From assembly GCA_002378975.1 (NCBI GenBank), contig DFST01000109.1, positions 1-47,870 of the forward strand: a stretch of 47,870 nucleotides of DNA, given 5' to 3'. Shown one piece after another: positions 28,343 to 40,858 of the stretch (position 1 is its first letter; every line of letters begins with the position of its first letter). The position numbers and the translations under genes are program-made. The notes under the pieces were generated by a model, which saw only the letters and a list, made by a program, of their open reading frames with translations, did not search any database and was not told the origin of the DNA. The DNA is from Chitinophagaceae bacterium UBA3430 (GTDB lineage Bacteria; Bacteroidota; Bacteroidia; Chitinophagales; Chitinophagaceae).

Positions 28343-30151
28343 ATGCGCACGTACGCCCGCATCTTCCACTACCTCCGGCATCAGTCGGGTGCCATCATCG
28401 GCTACCTGGTTTGCATCCTGCTTTCCATCCTGTTTTCGATCGTGTCCTTTGGGATGCTGGCCCCCTTTTTTGACCTGATCTTTAACGGCGACAACAGCCG
28501 GCTTGCCCAGCCGGCCGACAATGCGGCCATGGAAACCCTGCGCCAATTCCTGCTGAATCGAGTTGACCAGCTAACCCCCGTCAACACCTTAGGCATCATT
28601 TGCTTCATCATCCTCTTGTCCATCGCCTTCAAGAACCTATTCCTTTATTTTTCTTTCTACATCCTGAATCCGATGAAAAATCGGATCATCTACCGATTGC
28701 GGGCCGACATCTACCAAAAGATACTCACCCTCCCCATCGGTTATTTCACGGAACAACGCAAGGGCGATCTGATGAGCCGCCTCACCAACGATGTATACGA
28801 AGTAGAGAACTCCTTGGTGGGCGCGCTCGAAGGATGGGTGCGTGACCCCCTCACCATCCTCATCAATTTTGCAGTCCTGTTTTACATCAGTCCTACACTC
28901 ACCATCGCCATTCTGGTCTGCATTCCCGCAATCGGATTCATCCTCGGACGCATCTCCCGAAATCTAAAAAAGACTTCGCAAGAGGCGGCGGAAAAACAAG
29001 GGGAATCTTTGAGTGTGTTGGACGAGACCCTACTCGGACTTCGCATCATCAAATCATTCAACGCGCAAGAATTGGTACGTGCCCGATTCGACAAAGCCAA
29101 CCACGAATTACTCGATGCTCGAAACCGCATTAGCCGACGTCGCGACCTGGCCTCGCCCGTATCGGAAATACTCGGTGTAGGTGTGTTTGTCGGTATTCTT
29201 TGGTTCGGCGGACAAAGCGTTCTAAATCAAGAAATTTCTCTAGCCCCCTCCACGTTCCTGGCCTATCTCGCACTTTTTTATAACATCATCAATCCGGTCA
29301 AAGCCCTCTCCACTTCCTTCAGCAACATGCGAAAAGGATCAGCAGCCATCGCCCGCATTGAAGAGCTATTGAATACTCCGCAAACCATTGATGAAAATCC
29401 AAACGGCACCCCATTCGAGTCATTCAAAGAAAGCATCGAATTTCGAAACGTTCGATTTGCCTACGGCGATAAACTTGTACTAGACGACATCAACTTCACA
29501 CTCACAAAAGGAAAAACCATTGCGCTGGTTGGATCTTCGGGCTCAGGCAAATCAACACTGGCCGATTTGCTCGCCCGCTTTCACGATGTGAGCGACGGAC
29601 AAGTCCTGATCGACGGCATCGACATTCGCGACTACGCCCTTTATTCTGTGCGTAAACAGATGAGTCTGGTCACTCAAGAACCCATTCTCTTCAACGACAC
29701 CATTGCCAGCAACATTGCACTGGGTGAACCCGATGCCCCAATGGCACGCATCGAATCAGCAGCCCGATTGGCCAATGCCGATGGATTCATCCGACAAAAA
29801 TCAAATGGATTTCAAACCAATGTGGGCGACCGTGGCGGCAAACTCAGCGGTGGCGAGCGTCAACGACTCACCATTGCGCGTGCTTTATTAAAAAACCCGT
29901 CTATCTTAATTCTGGATGAGGCCACCTCTTCCCTCGACACAGAAAGCGAACGACTGGTTCAGGAGGCGATCAACAATGTAATGAAAGACCGGACTAGCCT
30001 GGTCATTGCGCATCGGTTATCCACCATTCGACACGCCGATGAGATCCTGGTGATGCAAGAAGGGCGCATTGTGGAACGAGGAAATCACGAAAGCTTGATC
30101 AAGCAAAATGGTTATTATAAGAAACTAGTCGACTTGCAAGAACTGCAGTGA
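28343..30151 (+). CDS. ABC exporter, fused permease/ATPase (MsbA-like)
   Basis: N-terminal TM domain; Walker A GSSGSGKST, LSGGERQR, ILDEATSSLD, IAHRLST. Confidence 0.92.
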   Translation: MRTYARIFHYLRHQSGAIIGYLVCILLSILFSIVSFGMLAPFFDLIFNGDNSRLAQPADNAAMETLRQFLLNRVDQLTPVNTLGIICFIILLSIAFKNLFLYFSFYILNPMKNRIIYRLRADIYQKILTLPIGYFTEQRKGDLMSRLTNDVYEVENSLVGALEGWVRDPLTILINFAVLFYISPTLTIAILVCIPAIGFILGRISRNLKKTSQEAAEKQGESLSVLDETLLGLRIIKSFNAQELVRARFDKANHELLDARNRISRRRDLASPVSEILGVGVFVGILWFGGQSVLNQEISLAPSTFLAYLALFYNIINPVKALSTSFSNMRKGSAAIARIEELLNTPQTIDENPNGTPFESFKESIEFRNVRFAYGDKLVLDDINFTLTKGKTIALVGSSGSGKSTLADLLARFHDVSDGQVLIDGIDIRDYALYSVRKQMSLVTQEPILFNDTIASNIALGEPDAPMARIESAARLANADGFIRQKSNGFQTNVGDRGGKLSGGERQRLTIARALLKNPSILILDEATSSLDTESERLVQEAINNVMKDRTSLVIAHRLSTIRHADEILVMQEGRIVERGNHESLIKQNGYYKKLVDLQELQ

Positions 30152-31291
30152 TCAACGCTGGATCGATCGGGCGATCACCAATTTCTGGATCTCCGACGTG
30201 CCTTCCCCAATGGTGCACAACTTGGCATCCCGGTAAAACTTCTCCACGGGAAAATCCTTGGTGTATCCATATCCGCCAAAGATCTGAACCGCCTCATTGG
30301 CTACCTTGACACAAACTTCACTGGCATAGTATTTGGCCATGGCGGCTTCTTTCGTAACAGACAGGTGCGCTTGTTTGCGTGCAGCCGCTTGGTCAGTCAA
30401 TAAATCAGCCGCTTCGATCTCCGTGGCCATATCGGCCAATTTAAAAGCAATCGCTTGAAACTGAGCAATGGGCTTTCCAAATTGCTCGCGCTGCTGTGCA
30501 TACGTTAAGGCCGCCTCATAGGCGCCTTTGGCGATGCCGATGGAAAGGGCCGCGATCGAAATACGTCCGCCATCCAGAATCTTCATGGATTGGTGAAATC
30601 CATCACCCACTTCACCCAGTCGATTCGCATCTGGAATTCGACATTGATCGAAAATCATTTCAGCGGTTTCGCTGGCCCGCATGCCCAATTTATTTTCCTT
30701 TTTGCCGGCTTGAAATCCCGGCGTTCCACGCTCCACGACAAAAGCCGTTGCGTTGTTCTTGGCCCGGGGCTCACCGGTTCGCGTGATCACCACCGCGATG
30801 TCTCCACTGATGCCATGCGTGATCCAGTTCTTGGCGCCGTTCAAGATCCAATCATTTCCGTCACGAACGGCTGTGCATTGCATGTTGCTCGCATCACTAC
30901 CGGTGTTGGCTTCTGTAAGTCCCCAGGCGCCAATCGCTTGGCCCGCAGCCAACCGAGGCAACCATTGTTTTTTTTGTGTTTCATTGCCGAACGCAAGAAT
31001 GTGCCCGGTACAAAGGGAATTATGCGCTGCCAGGCTAAGTCCTACCGATCCGCAAACCTTGGCCACCTCAATGATGGCAGCCTTGTATTCGGCATAACCC
31101 ATCCCGGCTCCTCCATATTCTTCGGGCACCAACACACCCATCAATCCCAATTCGCCCAACCGATGAAAGACGTCGCGGGGGAAAAACTGAGATTCATCCC
31201 ATTCCATAACATGAGGTCGGATCGCTTGCTCGGCAAAATCATGTGCGATCTGCGCCACCTGTCGCGTCAATTCGGTTTGCTGAAATTGCAT
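30152..31291 (-). CDS. Acyl-CoA dehydrogenase
   Basis: [62 protein letters not shown]. Confidence 0.95.
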   Translation of the reverse strand: MQFQQTELTRQVAQIAHDFAEQAIRPHVMEWDESQFFPRDVFHRLGELGLMGVLVPEEYGGAGMGYAEYKAAIIEVAKVCGSVGLSLAAHNSLCTGHILAFGNETQKKQWLPRLAAGQAIGAWGLTEANTGSDASNMQCTAVRDGNDWILNGAKNWITHGISGDIAVVITRTGEPRAKNNATAFVVERGTPGFQAGKKENKLGMRASETAEMIFDQCRIPDANRLGEVGDGFHQSMKILDGGRISIAALSIGIAKGAYEAALTYAQQREQFGKPIAQFQAIAFKLADMATEIEAADLLTDQAAARKQAHLSVTKEAAMAKYYASEVCVKVANEAVQIFGGYGYTKDFPVEKFYRDAKLCTIGEGTSEIQKLVIARSIQR

Positions 31292-31335
31292 ACACCAAAT
31301 GTCGGGAATAATAACTAAACGCGAACAAGTGTTAG

Positions 31336-32112
31336 TCAGATTGAGATCTGAAGTCCATCGAAGGCCAGGTGGAAACCGGAAGGAAGTTCTGCCTCGATGT
31401 CTGCGTGCAGTCCGAGCTGATGGGAGATGTGGGTGAAATAAACCTCCGGCACCTCCAGGCCTTGGCCCAACTCAATGGCTTCGGCGAGTGTAAAATGAGA
31501 AAGGTGTTTTTCTTTTCGAAGGGCATTCAATACCAGGACCCGACTGCCGCGGATCTTATCCAGTTCAGCGGCCTCGATGTAATTGGCGTCGGTGATGTAG
31601 GTAAAATCACCGAACCGAAACCCCAGCACCGGCATTTTGAGATGCATCACCCGAATGGGCGTAACCGGAATATCACCGACCACAAACGGCTCTTCTCCGA
31701 TGGAGAACAGATCGATTTCCGGGGTCCCTGGGTACTTGGTATCGGAGAAGGCATAATAATAATCGCGCCGCACCGCTTCTTCGGTACGCGGATCGGCAAA
31801 CAGCGACATTGGTTTTTGCTGAAAGTGATTGTAAGCACGGACGTCATCGAGGCCGGCGATGTGATCTTTGTGCGCGTGGGTGAGCAAGACCGCATCCAAC
31901 TGATTCACCGATGCGCGAAGCATCTGCGTACGAAAGTCAGGACCGGCATCCACCACGAGCGAGGTACTTGCGGAGTGAATGTGAATGCTGGAACGCAATC
32001 GTTGGTCGCGCGGGTCGGCGGATGTACAAACCGAACAGCGACAACCGATCATCGGCACACCACTGCTGGTGCCGGTACCTAGAAATGTTATGTTGAATGA
32101 TGGAGCAACCAC
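31336..32112 (-). CDS. MBL-fold metallo-hydrolase (PhnP-like phosphodiesterase)
   Basis: [57 protein letters not shown]. Confidence 0.92.
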   Translation of the reverse strand: MVAPSFNITFLGTGTSSGVPMIGCRCSVCTSADPRDQRLRSSIHIHSASTSLVVDAGPDFRTQMLRASVNQLDAVLLTHAHKDHIAGLDDVRAYNHFQQKPMSLFADPRTEEAVRRDYYYAFSDTKYPGTPEIDLFSIGEEPFVVGDIPVTPIRVMHLKMPVLGFRFGDFTYITDANYIEAAELDKIRGSRVLVLNALRKEKHLSHFTLAEAIELGQGLEVPEVYFTHISHQLGLHADIEAELPSGFHLAFDGLQISI

Positions 32113-32120
32113 GTCTACGA

Positions 32121-32399
32121 TCAGGCGGCCGCGCTGTCCACTTGTTGAGCGCGAACATCTTCGTACAATTTACGAAGATCTTCGGGCAGATGCAAGGGCT
32201 GAATCTCCAACTGAGGAATCAGTTCCAGCAAGGTATTGATCCGTCCTTCTGTTTGGAGAAATTTATTCAGAACGATTACTTTCTTGGATTCCAGAATGCA
32301 GTACCCACTTTGAAAATTACCCCGCTCGTAACGTAGGATGTAACCAGCATGCTCCGGGATTGCATGCAATTTATCTAGCGTAGTTTGTGTGTATTTCAT
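32121..32399 (-). CDS. Hypothetical protein, 92 aa
   Basis: Sits between porX and the MBL gene on the same strand; contains YILRYERGNFQSGYCILESKKVIVLNKF. Confidence 0.82.
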   Translation of the reverse strand: MKYTQTTLDKLHAIPEHAGYILRYERGNFQSGYCILESKKVIVLNKFLQTEGRINTLLELIPQLEIQPLHLPEDLRKLYEDVRAQQVDSAAA

Positions 32400-32459
32400 A
32401 TGCGTTCGTTTTGCTAAAATAAAACGACTTAACCGGTTTAACGAAAACGGTTTTCCACA

Positions 32460-34019
32460 TCAATCCCGGCTCTCTAAAACAATCACCGGCACGATCATCT
32501 CCTCCAAACTCACCCCGCCATGTTGAAAAGTATTTCGGTAATACTGGGCAAAATGATTGTAGTTGTTCGGGTAGCAGAGGTATCGATCTTCCCGCGCAAA
32601 TATGTACGAAGAATTGATGGTCGGAACCGGCAATCCGGCCTGCCGAGGATCGCGGAAAGCCAATACATCGCGGGGCTCGTATTGTAAATTCCGACCGTGC
32701 TTGTATCGGATATTGGTGCTGGACTGTCGATCGCCCAATACCCGACAAGGCGTTTTCACCCGAATGCTCCCATGATCGGTGGCCAACACGATCCGAATGG
32801 ATTTGTCGGCGATCTTCTTCAGGGCTTGGTGCAAGGGCGAATGCTCGAACCAAGATGTAGTAATGCTTCGGTAACTCATCTCATCGCCCGCCAACTCTTT
32901 CAGCACCTCCATTTCCGTTCGGGCATGACTGAGCATGTCAACGAAATTGTATACGATCACATTGAGATCATTGTCGAGTAAGTTGTGCATCTGATTCATC
33001 AGGTCCAACCCCGCTTGATTGTTAACCACCTTGGTATACGACACTTTCAGGTCTCCTTTACCCAAACGCTTCAATTGATCCCGCAGGTATTGCTCCTCCT
33101 CCATATTCTTGCCCCCTTCTTCCTCGTCGTTTTTCCAAAGCTGGGGGTACTGCGCTGCAATATCGATGGGACGCAATCCGGAGAAGATCGCATTGCGGGC
33201 ATATTGAGTAGCCGTTGGCAGGATGCTGTAAAAACTATCTTCCGTGACCATCCGAAAACTTTCCGATAGGATCGGCTGAATGGAACGCCATTGGTCAAAA
33301 CGAAGATTGTCGATCAGTATGAAAAACAAAGGGCGACCTTTTTCGAGCTGAGGAAGCACCTTGCGCCGAATCAATTGATGACTGAGCACAGGGCCATCCG
33401 CATCGGGGGTCGACATCCAGCCTGCATAGGACCGACTAATGAACTTAAAGAATTCCGTATTGGCTTCTTGCTTTTGATTTTGCAGCACCTCTTGCATTTC
33501 GGGGCTGTCTGATTTCTGCATCTCCAGCTCCCAATACACCAAGCGTTTGTAAATATCCATCCATTCCTGGTGGTTGGGGTCACTATTCAAGGCGGTGAAC
33601 AGATGACGAAACTGTTGTTGATAGGCTGAAGTGGTCTTCTCCGCTACCAATCGCTTGTTGTCAATGATCTTTTTCAGACTGAGCAACACTTGATTTGGGT
33701 TAACCGGCTTGATGAGGTAATCGGCGATTTGGGAACCGATGGCCTCATCCATCAAATTCTCGGTTTCATTCTTGGTAATTAAGACTATCGGGATAGCCGG
33801 ATCGTATTCCTTGATCTTTGCCAGCGTTTCCAGCCCGGTAATACCGGGCATGCTCTCGTCCATCAATACCACATCAACCGCGTTTACCCGGATGTGATCG
33901 ATGGCATCGAATCCGTTGGAAAAAGCACGAACCGAATATCCTTTGCTTTCCAGGAAAAGAATCTGCGAGTGCAGACTCTCCATCTCGTCATCGACCCAGA
34001 TCAAATTAGCGATTGCCAT
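32460..34019 (-). CDS. porX: T9SS response regulator PorX (receiver + PglZ/alkaline-phosphatase-like domain)
   Basis: WVDDE...MDESMPG...ITKNE...YLIKP receiver; IDNLRFDQW, ILPTATQYARNAIF, NFVDMLSH, TDHG, TFQHGGVSLEEM. Confidence 0.93.
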   Translation of the reverse strand: MAIANLIWVDDEMESLHSQILFLESKGYSVRAFSNGFDAIDHIRVNAVDVVLMDESMPGITGLETLAKIKEYDPAIPIVLITKNETENLMDEAIGSQIADYLIKPVNPNQVLLSLKKIIDNKRLVAEKTTSAYQQQFRHLFTALNSDPNHQEWMDIYKRLVYWELEMQKSDSPEMQEVLQNQKQEANTEFFKFISRSYAGWMSTPDADGPVLSHQLIRRKVLPQLEKGRPLFFILIDNLRFDQWRSIQPILSESFRMVTEDSFYSILPTATQYARNAIFSGLRPIDIAAQYPQLWKNDEEEGGKNMEEEQYLRDQLKRLGKGDLKVSYTKVVNNQAGLDLMNQMHNLLDNDLNVIVYNFVDMLSHARTEMEVLKELAGDEMSYRSITTSWFEHSPLHQALKKIADKSIRIVLATDHGSIRVKTPCRVLGDRQSSTNIRYKHGRNLQYEPRDVLAFRDPRQAGLPVPTINSSYIFAREDRYLCYPNNYNHFAQYYRNTFQHGGVSLEEMIVPVIVLESRD

Positions 34020-34047
34020 ATTTTATATAGGCGCCATTTAGCGTGAT

Positions 34048-34084
34048 CAAATCTACCGATTTCCATCGGCAGCCCGTAGTTTTG
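34048..34084. promoter_or_regulatory. Back-to-back -7 elements for divergent porX and HD genes
   Basis: TAGATTTG on minus (34048-34055) and TAGTTTTG on plus (34077-34084), both exact TAnnTTTG. Confidence 0.65.
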
Positions 34085-34119
34085 CATCGTACGAACGACG
34101 CTTTAACCCTTTCTTCACC

Positions 34120-35337
34120 ATGTCTTCGATCCGAAAGATCATCAACGACCCCGTTTATGGGTTCATCACCATCGATGACCCTCTGATCTGGCAGATCATC
34201 TGTCATCCGTATTACCAACGCCTGCGGCACATCCACCAAATGGCCTTCGCCCATCTGGTCTATCCGGGTGCGGTTCATTCCCGGCTGCATCACTCGTTGG
34301 GTGCTTATCACCTCATGACCGAGGCGTTGAAGGAGTTGAAACGCAAAGGCGTTGCCATCAGTGCGGAGGAGGAACAAGGTGCCCGGATTGCCATCCTGTT
34401 GCATGACGTTGGTCATGGTCCTTTTTCCCATGCACTCGAAAGCGAACTGATCACCGGGGCCCATCACGAGTCGATCTCCTTGCTGATCATGGAGGAGATG
34501 AACAAGCAGTTCAACGGCGCGTTGCAGACCGCCATCGAAATCTTCACCCACAAACACCCCAAACGATTCCTGCATCAGTTGGTCTCGGGCCAATTGGATG
34601 TGGACCGGATGGATTATTTGAACCGCGACAGTTTCTTTACGGGTGTGGCCGAAGGGGTCATTGGTTACGACCGGATCCTGAAAATGCTGACCGTACAAGA
34701 CGGCGTACTGATGGTCGAGGAAAAAGCGATCTACAGCATCGAAAAATTTCTGCTCAGCCGACGACTCATGTACTGGCAGGTTTATTTGCATAAAACCGTC
34801 GTGAGTGCCGAGATGACCATGGTTCGGATCATTCGACGCGCGAAAGAATTGATTAAAGCCGGAGTCGAACTCCGTGCCACCACCGCTGAGCTCGATTATT
34901 TTTTGCAACGACCCGATCAGGCCTTTGATCCCAAACAGGATCTTGCTCGTTTCTGCAGACTTGATGATCACGATGTAATGAGCACCATCAAAAATTGGGC
35001 ACAACATACTGATCTTGTTTTGTCGGAACTCTGCGGCCGGGTCATTGAGCGCCGTTTGCTCAAGATCCGTTTGCAAGCGAATCCCGTAGATGCTGCCCAG
35101 CTCAAGGAAAAACAGGTCGAGGTCCGGGAACGTTATGGGGTTTCTGCCGACGAAGCTGCCTACTTGGCCTTCACCGGGGAGGCGAGCAATACCTTGTACA
35201 ATCCGGGCGATGAGCGCATTCGCATTTTATTCAAAGACGGCATGGTTCGAGACATTTCGGAAGTGGACCATGCCCTGATCCAACAGGGACTGAGTGGCCG
35301 GGTCAAAAAACATTACATTTGTTATCCGGGAGCGTGA
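34120..35337 (+). CDS. HD-domain phosphohydrolase (dNTP triphosphohydrolase-like)
   Basis: INDPVYG, QRLRHIHQ, VYPGAVHSRLHHSLG, LLHDVGHGPFSH, LDVDRMDYL.RD, MYWQVYLHK. Confidence 0.92.
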   Translation: MSSIRKIINDPVYGFITIDDPLIWQIICHPYYQRLRHIHQMAFAHLVYPGAVHSRLHHSLGAYHLMTEALKELKRKGVAISAEEEQGARIAILLHDVGHGPFSHALESELITGAHHESISLLIMEEMNKQFNGALQTAIEIFTHKHPKRFLHQLVSGQLDVDRMDYLNRDSFFTGVAEGVIGYDRILKMLTVQDGVLMVEEKAIYSIEKFLLSRRLMYWQVYLHKTVVSAEMTMVRIIRRAKELIKAGVELRATTAELDYFLQRPDQAFDPKQDLARFCRLDDHDVMSTIKNWAQHTDLVLSELCGRVIERRLLKIRLQANPVDAAQLKEKQVEVRERYGVSADEAAYLAFTGEASNTLYNPGDERIRILFKDGMVRDISEVDHALIQQGLSGRVKKHYICYPGA

Positions 35338-35358
35338 TCCCATTTCCCCCATACCATT

Positions 35359-36393
35359 ATGCAATTCACGGCCTCTGCCCTCGCCCAATTACTTGGCGGC
35401 CACGTTGAAGGTCGGCCGGAAATTTCCGTCAGCGGATTCGGCAAAATCGAATCAGCAAAACCCGGAGAGCTCAGCTTCCTCGCCAATCCGAAATACGAAG
35501 AATATCTCTACAGCTCACAGGCCTCGATCCTCATCGTGAATCAAAGCCTCGTCTTAAAGCAACCGGTGTCGCCCACGTTGATCCGCGTACCCGATGCCTA
35601 TGCGGCCTTTGCGCAGCTGTTGAGCTTGTACGAAGCACAACAAAAAAAATCACTCAAGGGGATGCAGACCCCCGTATACATCGCTTCTACGGCCACGCAC
35701 GGAACCGATGTGTTCATCGGCGCTTTTGCCTACCTGGGTGAAAAAGTTACAGTGGGTGATCATACGCAGATCCATCCGCAGGTCTACTTAGGCGACCGCG
35801 TACGCGTAGGAAAAAATTGCGTGCTGCATCCCGGCGTGAAAGTATATGCCGATTGTGTGATCGGAGATGACGTGGTGATCCACGCCGGATCGGTCATAGG
35901 CAGCGACGGCTTTGGATTTGCGCCCAAAACTGACGGAGAATATTCAAAAGTTCCGCAACTCGGGAACGTTATCATTGAAAATGGGGTAGAGATCGGAGCG
36001 AATACAACCATCGATCGAGCCACCATCGGCTCTACGATCGTGCATCGGGGTGTAAAATTGGACAACCTCATTCAGATCGGACACAACGTGGAAATCGGGG
36101 CGCATACCGTAATCGCTGCCGGAACCGGTGTGAGTGGCAGTACCCGCATCGGTGAACAGGTAATGATCGGCGGGCAGGTTGGCATCGCCGGACACATCCG
36201 CATTGGAAACAACGTCAAGATCGGTGCGCAGAGTGGCGTATCGAAGGACGTACCCGATGGGAAAGTGCTCAATGGCACTCCCGCCACCGATTATGCTACT
36301 TCCTTCCGTCAACTGGCGCTGGTTCGTCAATTGCCCGAAATGGAAAGACGAATTCGTTTGCTGGAACAACTGTTGGCATCCAAACCGGACTGA
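35359..36393 (+). CDS. lpxD: UDP-3-O-acylglucosamine N-acyltransferase
   Basis: SFLANPKY, hexapeptide repeats, GSDGFGF, EIGANTTIDR, KLDNLIQIGHNV. Confidence 0.96.
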   Translation: MQFTASALAQLLGGHVEGRPEISVSGFGKIESAKPGELSFLANPKYEEYLYSSQASILIVNQSLVLKQPVSPTLIRVPDAYAAFAQLLSLYEAQQKKSLKGMQTPVYIASTATHGTDVFIGAFAYLGEKVTVGDHTQIHPQVYLGDRVRVGKNCVLHPGVKVYADCVIGDDVVIHAGSVIGSDGFGFAPKTDGEYSKVPQLGNVIIENGVEIGANTTIDRATIGSTIVHRGVKLDNLIQIGHNVEIGAHTVIAAGTGVSGSTRIGEQVMIGGQVGIAGHIRIGNNVKIGAQSGVSKDVPDGKVLNGTPATDYATSFRQLALVRQLPEMERRIRLLEQLLASKPD

Positions 36394-36408
36394 CCCCACT
36401 GATTTTGT

Positions 36409-36416
36409 TATCTTTG
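36409..36416 (+). promoter_or_regulatory. -7 promoter element (TATCTTTG) for lpxC-fabZ
   Basis: Exact TAnnTTTG match about 20 nt upstream of the ATG. Confidence 0.6.
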
Positions 36417-36435
36417 GCCATCCAAAAAACTGCGC

Positions 36436-37845
36436 ATGGCCTCTCGTTTCAACCCGGACAAACAGCATACCCTTCAACAATCGGTTTCGATTCAAGGAAC
36501 CGGCCTGCATACGGGCGTTCTGGCCGAACTCACATTGAATCCTGCCAACCCCGGTTACGGGATCCAATTTCAGCGCACCGATCTCGACGGCCAACCCATC
36601 ATCAAAGCGGATTGCGACTTGGTCACCGACGTGAGCCGGGGTACCACGCTCGAAGCCAATGGCGGTAAGGTCTGCACGGTAGAGCATGTGTTGGCTGCCT
36701 TAGTCGGCATGGGCATTGATAACTGCTTGCTGCAGATCAACGGACCAGAAATGCCCATTATGGATGGTAGTTCCCAACCCTTCATCGAGTTGATCGAGCA
36801 GGCCGGTATCGAAGAGCAGGATGCCACCAAAATTTGGTACAGCATTGATGAAAACATCTTTCACTACGATGAAGAGAAGCGTGTTGAGATGGTGGCCATG
36901 CCCGCTACCGAGTATCAAGTCACCACATTGATCGATTTCAATTCACCCGTATTGGGCACGCAGCATGCGGGGCTTAAAAACATTCGTGAGTTCAAAAAAG
37001 AGATCGCTCCTTGTCGAACATTCTGCTTTCTTCATGAATTGGAAATGCTCCTGGAAAACAATCTGATCAAAGGAGGGGACGTGGGCAATGCGATCGTGAT
37101 CGTCGATAAGCCCGTTGAAAAATCGCAGCTAGACCGACTGAAAAAAGTATTCAACAAAGAATCGGTTGAAGTAAAAAGCGAAGGCTATCTCAATAACTTA
37201 GAGCTGCGCTTTCCCAATGAACCCGCCCGTCACAAACTGCTGGATGTAGTGGGTGACCTGGCCCTGATCGGCTATCCGATCAAAGCTCGGATCATTGCCA
37301 ACCGTCCCGGCCACAGCAGCAACGTAGAGTTCGCCAAAAAGATCAAGCAGTACATCAAAAAGAACAAGCACACGCGCGACGTACCGACCTACGATCCTTC
37401 TCAGCCGCCGGTGTACGATCAACAATACATCGAACGCAAGCTCCCGCACCGCTTTCCGTTTGCCCTGGTCGACAAGGTCATTGAACTCAGCGATACACAC
37501 ATTGTGGGCGTCAAGAATGTCACCTTCAATGAGTGGTTTTTCCAAGGGCACTTTCCAGGTAATCCCGTCATGCCGGGTGTGCTTCAAATCGAAGCCCTGG
37601 CCCAATGCGGCGGTATTCTGGCCATTAACCTGAGCGGCGAGGGGCAGTACGACACGTATTTCCTGAAGATCGACCAATGCAAATTCAAGCAGATGGTTCG
37701 TCCAGGCGATACGCTGCTGCTCAAAATGGAACTGGTGGCCCCGATCCGTCGCGGTATTTGCGAAATGAAGGGAACGGTTTACTGTGGGGGTAAGGTCTGT
37801 GCAGAAGGCATCCTGGTGGCCCAGATCGTCAAGCGGCCCGATTGA
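36436..37845 (+). CDS. lpxC: Bifunctional LpxC deacetylase / FabZ dehydratase fusion
   Basis: GTGLHTG, TVEHVLAAL, PIMDGSS, RHKLLDVVGDL (LpxC); LPHRFPF, FFQGHFPGNPVMPGVLQIEALAQ (FabZ). Confidence 0.96.
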   Translation: MASRFNPDKQHTLQQSVSIQGTGLHTGVLAELTLNPANPGYGIQFQRTDLDGQPIIKADCDLVTDVSRGTTLEANGGKVCTVEHVLAALVGMGIDNCLLQINGPEMPIMDGSSQPFIELIEQAGIEEQDATKIWYSIDENIFHYDEEKRVEMVAMPATEYQVTTLIDFNSPVLGTQHAGLKNIREFKKEIAPCRTFCFLHELEMLLENNLIKGGDVGNAIVIVDKPVEKSQLDRLKKVFNKESVEVKSEGYLNNLELRFPNEPARHKLLDVVGDLALIGYPIKARIIANRPGHSSNVEFAKKIKQYIKKNKHTRDVPTYDPSQPPVYDQQYIERKLPHRFPFALVDKVIELSDTHIVGVKNVTFNEWFFQGHFPGNPVMPGVLQIEALAQCGGILAINLSGEGQYDTYFLKIDQCKFKQMVRPGDTLLLKMELVAPIRRGICEMKGTVYCGGKVCAEGILVAQIVKRPD

Positions 37846-37874
37846 TGCACCGAGCTGAAATCTGGCTAATTTTT

Positions 37875-37901
37875 GACCTCCTTTTTCGGGGGTCTTTTTT
37901 T
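37875..37901 (+). terminator. Rho-independent terminator after lpxC-fabZ
   Basis: GACCTCC-N6-GGGGGTC stem followed by T7. Confidence 0.75.
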
Positions 37902-37972
37902 GTCCACACCCCCCTCAAAATTGGGTAAAAATACACCCCATTTTCAGCCCTTTCCAGTCCCCATTTTCGTAG

Positions 37973-40006
<2,034 letters not shown>

Positions 40007-40039
40007 GGCGAGGATTCATTTTGCCCAACGAATACCGCC

Positions 40040-40858
40040 TCAGGGCTTCCAATTGTACTGAAAACTGAATTGCGTCAGATTTCGAGTGGTCGCCCATTCC
40101 GGCCCCCGGAGCGGCCAATAGATCGCACAACGGATTTGCACCACGCGGCTAACGTCAATACCCACTCCCAGCGAAGCACCCCCATACAAACCCCGCAACT
40201 TCGCGATCGGGAAGAACCCTTGCAATTGCGCTGGATCAGAATAGCTTAGATGTAAGCGAGTCATGACCCATCCCCTTCCTATATTCTTCGGATTCGCTCG
40301 TTCCCATGCACCGGTCTGCAATACCCATCCCGCTACCGCATAATGATTCCACAACGACTGTTGCTTGCCCGTGAACGGATCGCTGGCGGGTCCAACTCGA
40401 TATCCAGTAAGCATCCGCTCTCCAAATTGAAAAACAAATCGGAGTGCAGACTGCGTTCCCCAACGCGACCACAAACGCTGCCCCTCAAACCCAAAATTCA
40501 ATACCCCACTCCAAGGCGAATACAATTGCCAGGTGATGGATTCATTGAACCGATTGCCGCTACCAACTGAATTCAGCGAAGCAGAACCCGTCTGCGTCAC
40601 GCCGCTGTAGACAGAGAGTGGAAGCTGCCATTTACCCGGTTCACCGATCGCCAACCGGACCACACGGGCTGATGCTTGAAGTTGTCCCCCTTGCCCCAGC
40701 TCCATCATTCCGGCACTTAACCAATCTGGCGGTTCCGAGATCCGTCGGCCGACACTGTCCGCAATTCCATGAATCGATCTTTGATCGCGCTGTGTCCAAC
40801 CGAATGTCGATGCCAACTGGAAAAAAACCAGGGTCAAGATCTTCGTTCGAATCGACAT
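40040..40858 (-). CDS. Hypothetical exported protein, probable outer-membrane beta-barrel (272 aa)
   Basis: Signal-like MSIRTKILTLVFFQLASTFGWT|Q; alternating strands (LNFGFEG, LRFVFQFG, ASLGVGIDV); last strand QFSFQYNW. Confidence 0.65.
   Translation of the reverse strand: MSIRTKILTLVFFQLASTFGWTQRDQRSIHGIADSVGRRISEPPDWLSAGMMELGQGGQLQASARVVRLAIGEPGKWQLPLSVYSGVTQTGSASLNSVGSGNRFNESITWQLYSPWSGVLNFGFEGQRLWSRWGTQSALRFVFQFGERMLTGYRVGPASDPFTGKQQSLWNHYAVAGWVLQTGAWERANPKNIGRGWVMTRLHLSYSDPAQLQGFFPIAKLRGLYGGASLGVGIDVSRVVQIRCAIYWPLRGPEWATTRNLTQFSFQYNWKP

Noticed and set aside
32451-32459. Single DnaA-box match TTTTCCACA after porX
   Set aside because: Isolated; about three matches are expected by chance in a window this size.
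32460-34019. PglZ domain as a sign of a BREX defence system
   Set aside because: It is fused to a receiver domain (PorX architecture) and no brx/pglX genes are present.
34006-35076. 356-aa ORF antisense to the HD gene (similar shadows at 5230-5973, 12900-13706, 30590-31318, 35944-36687, 39200-39979)
   Set aside because: Mirror-frame shadows of conserved genes with no independent signals.
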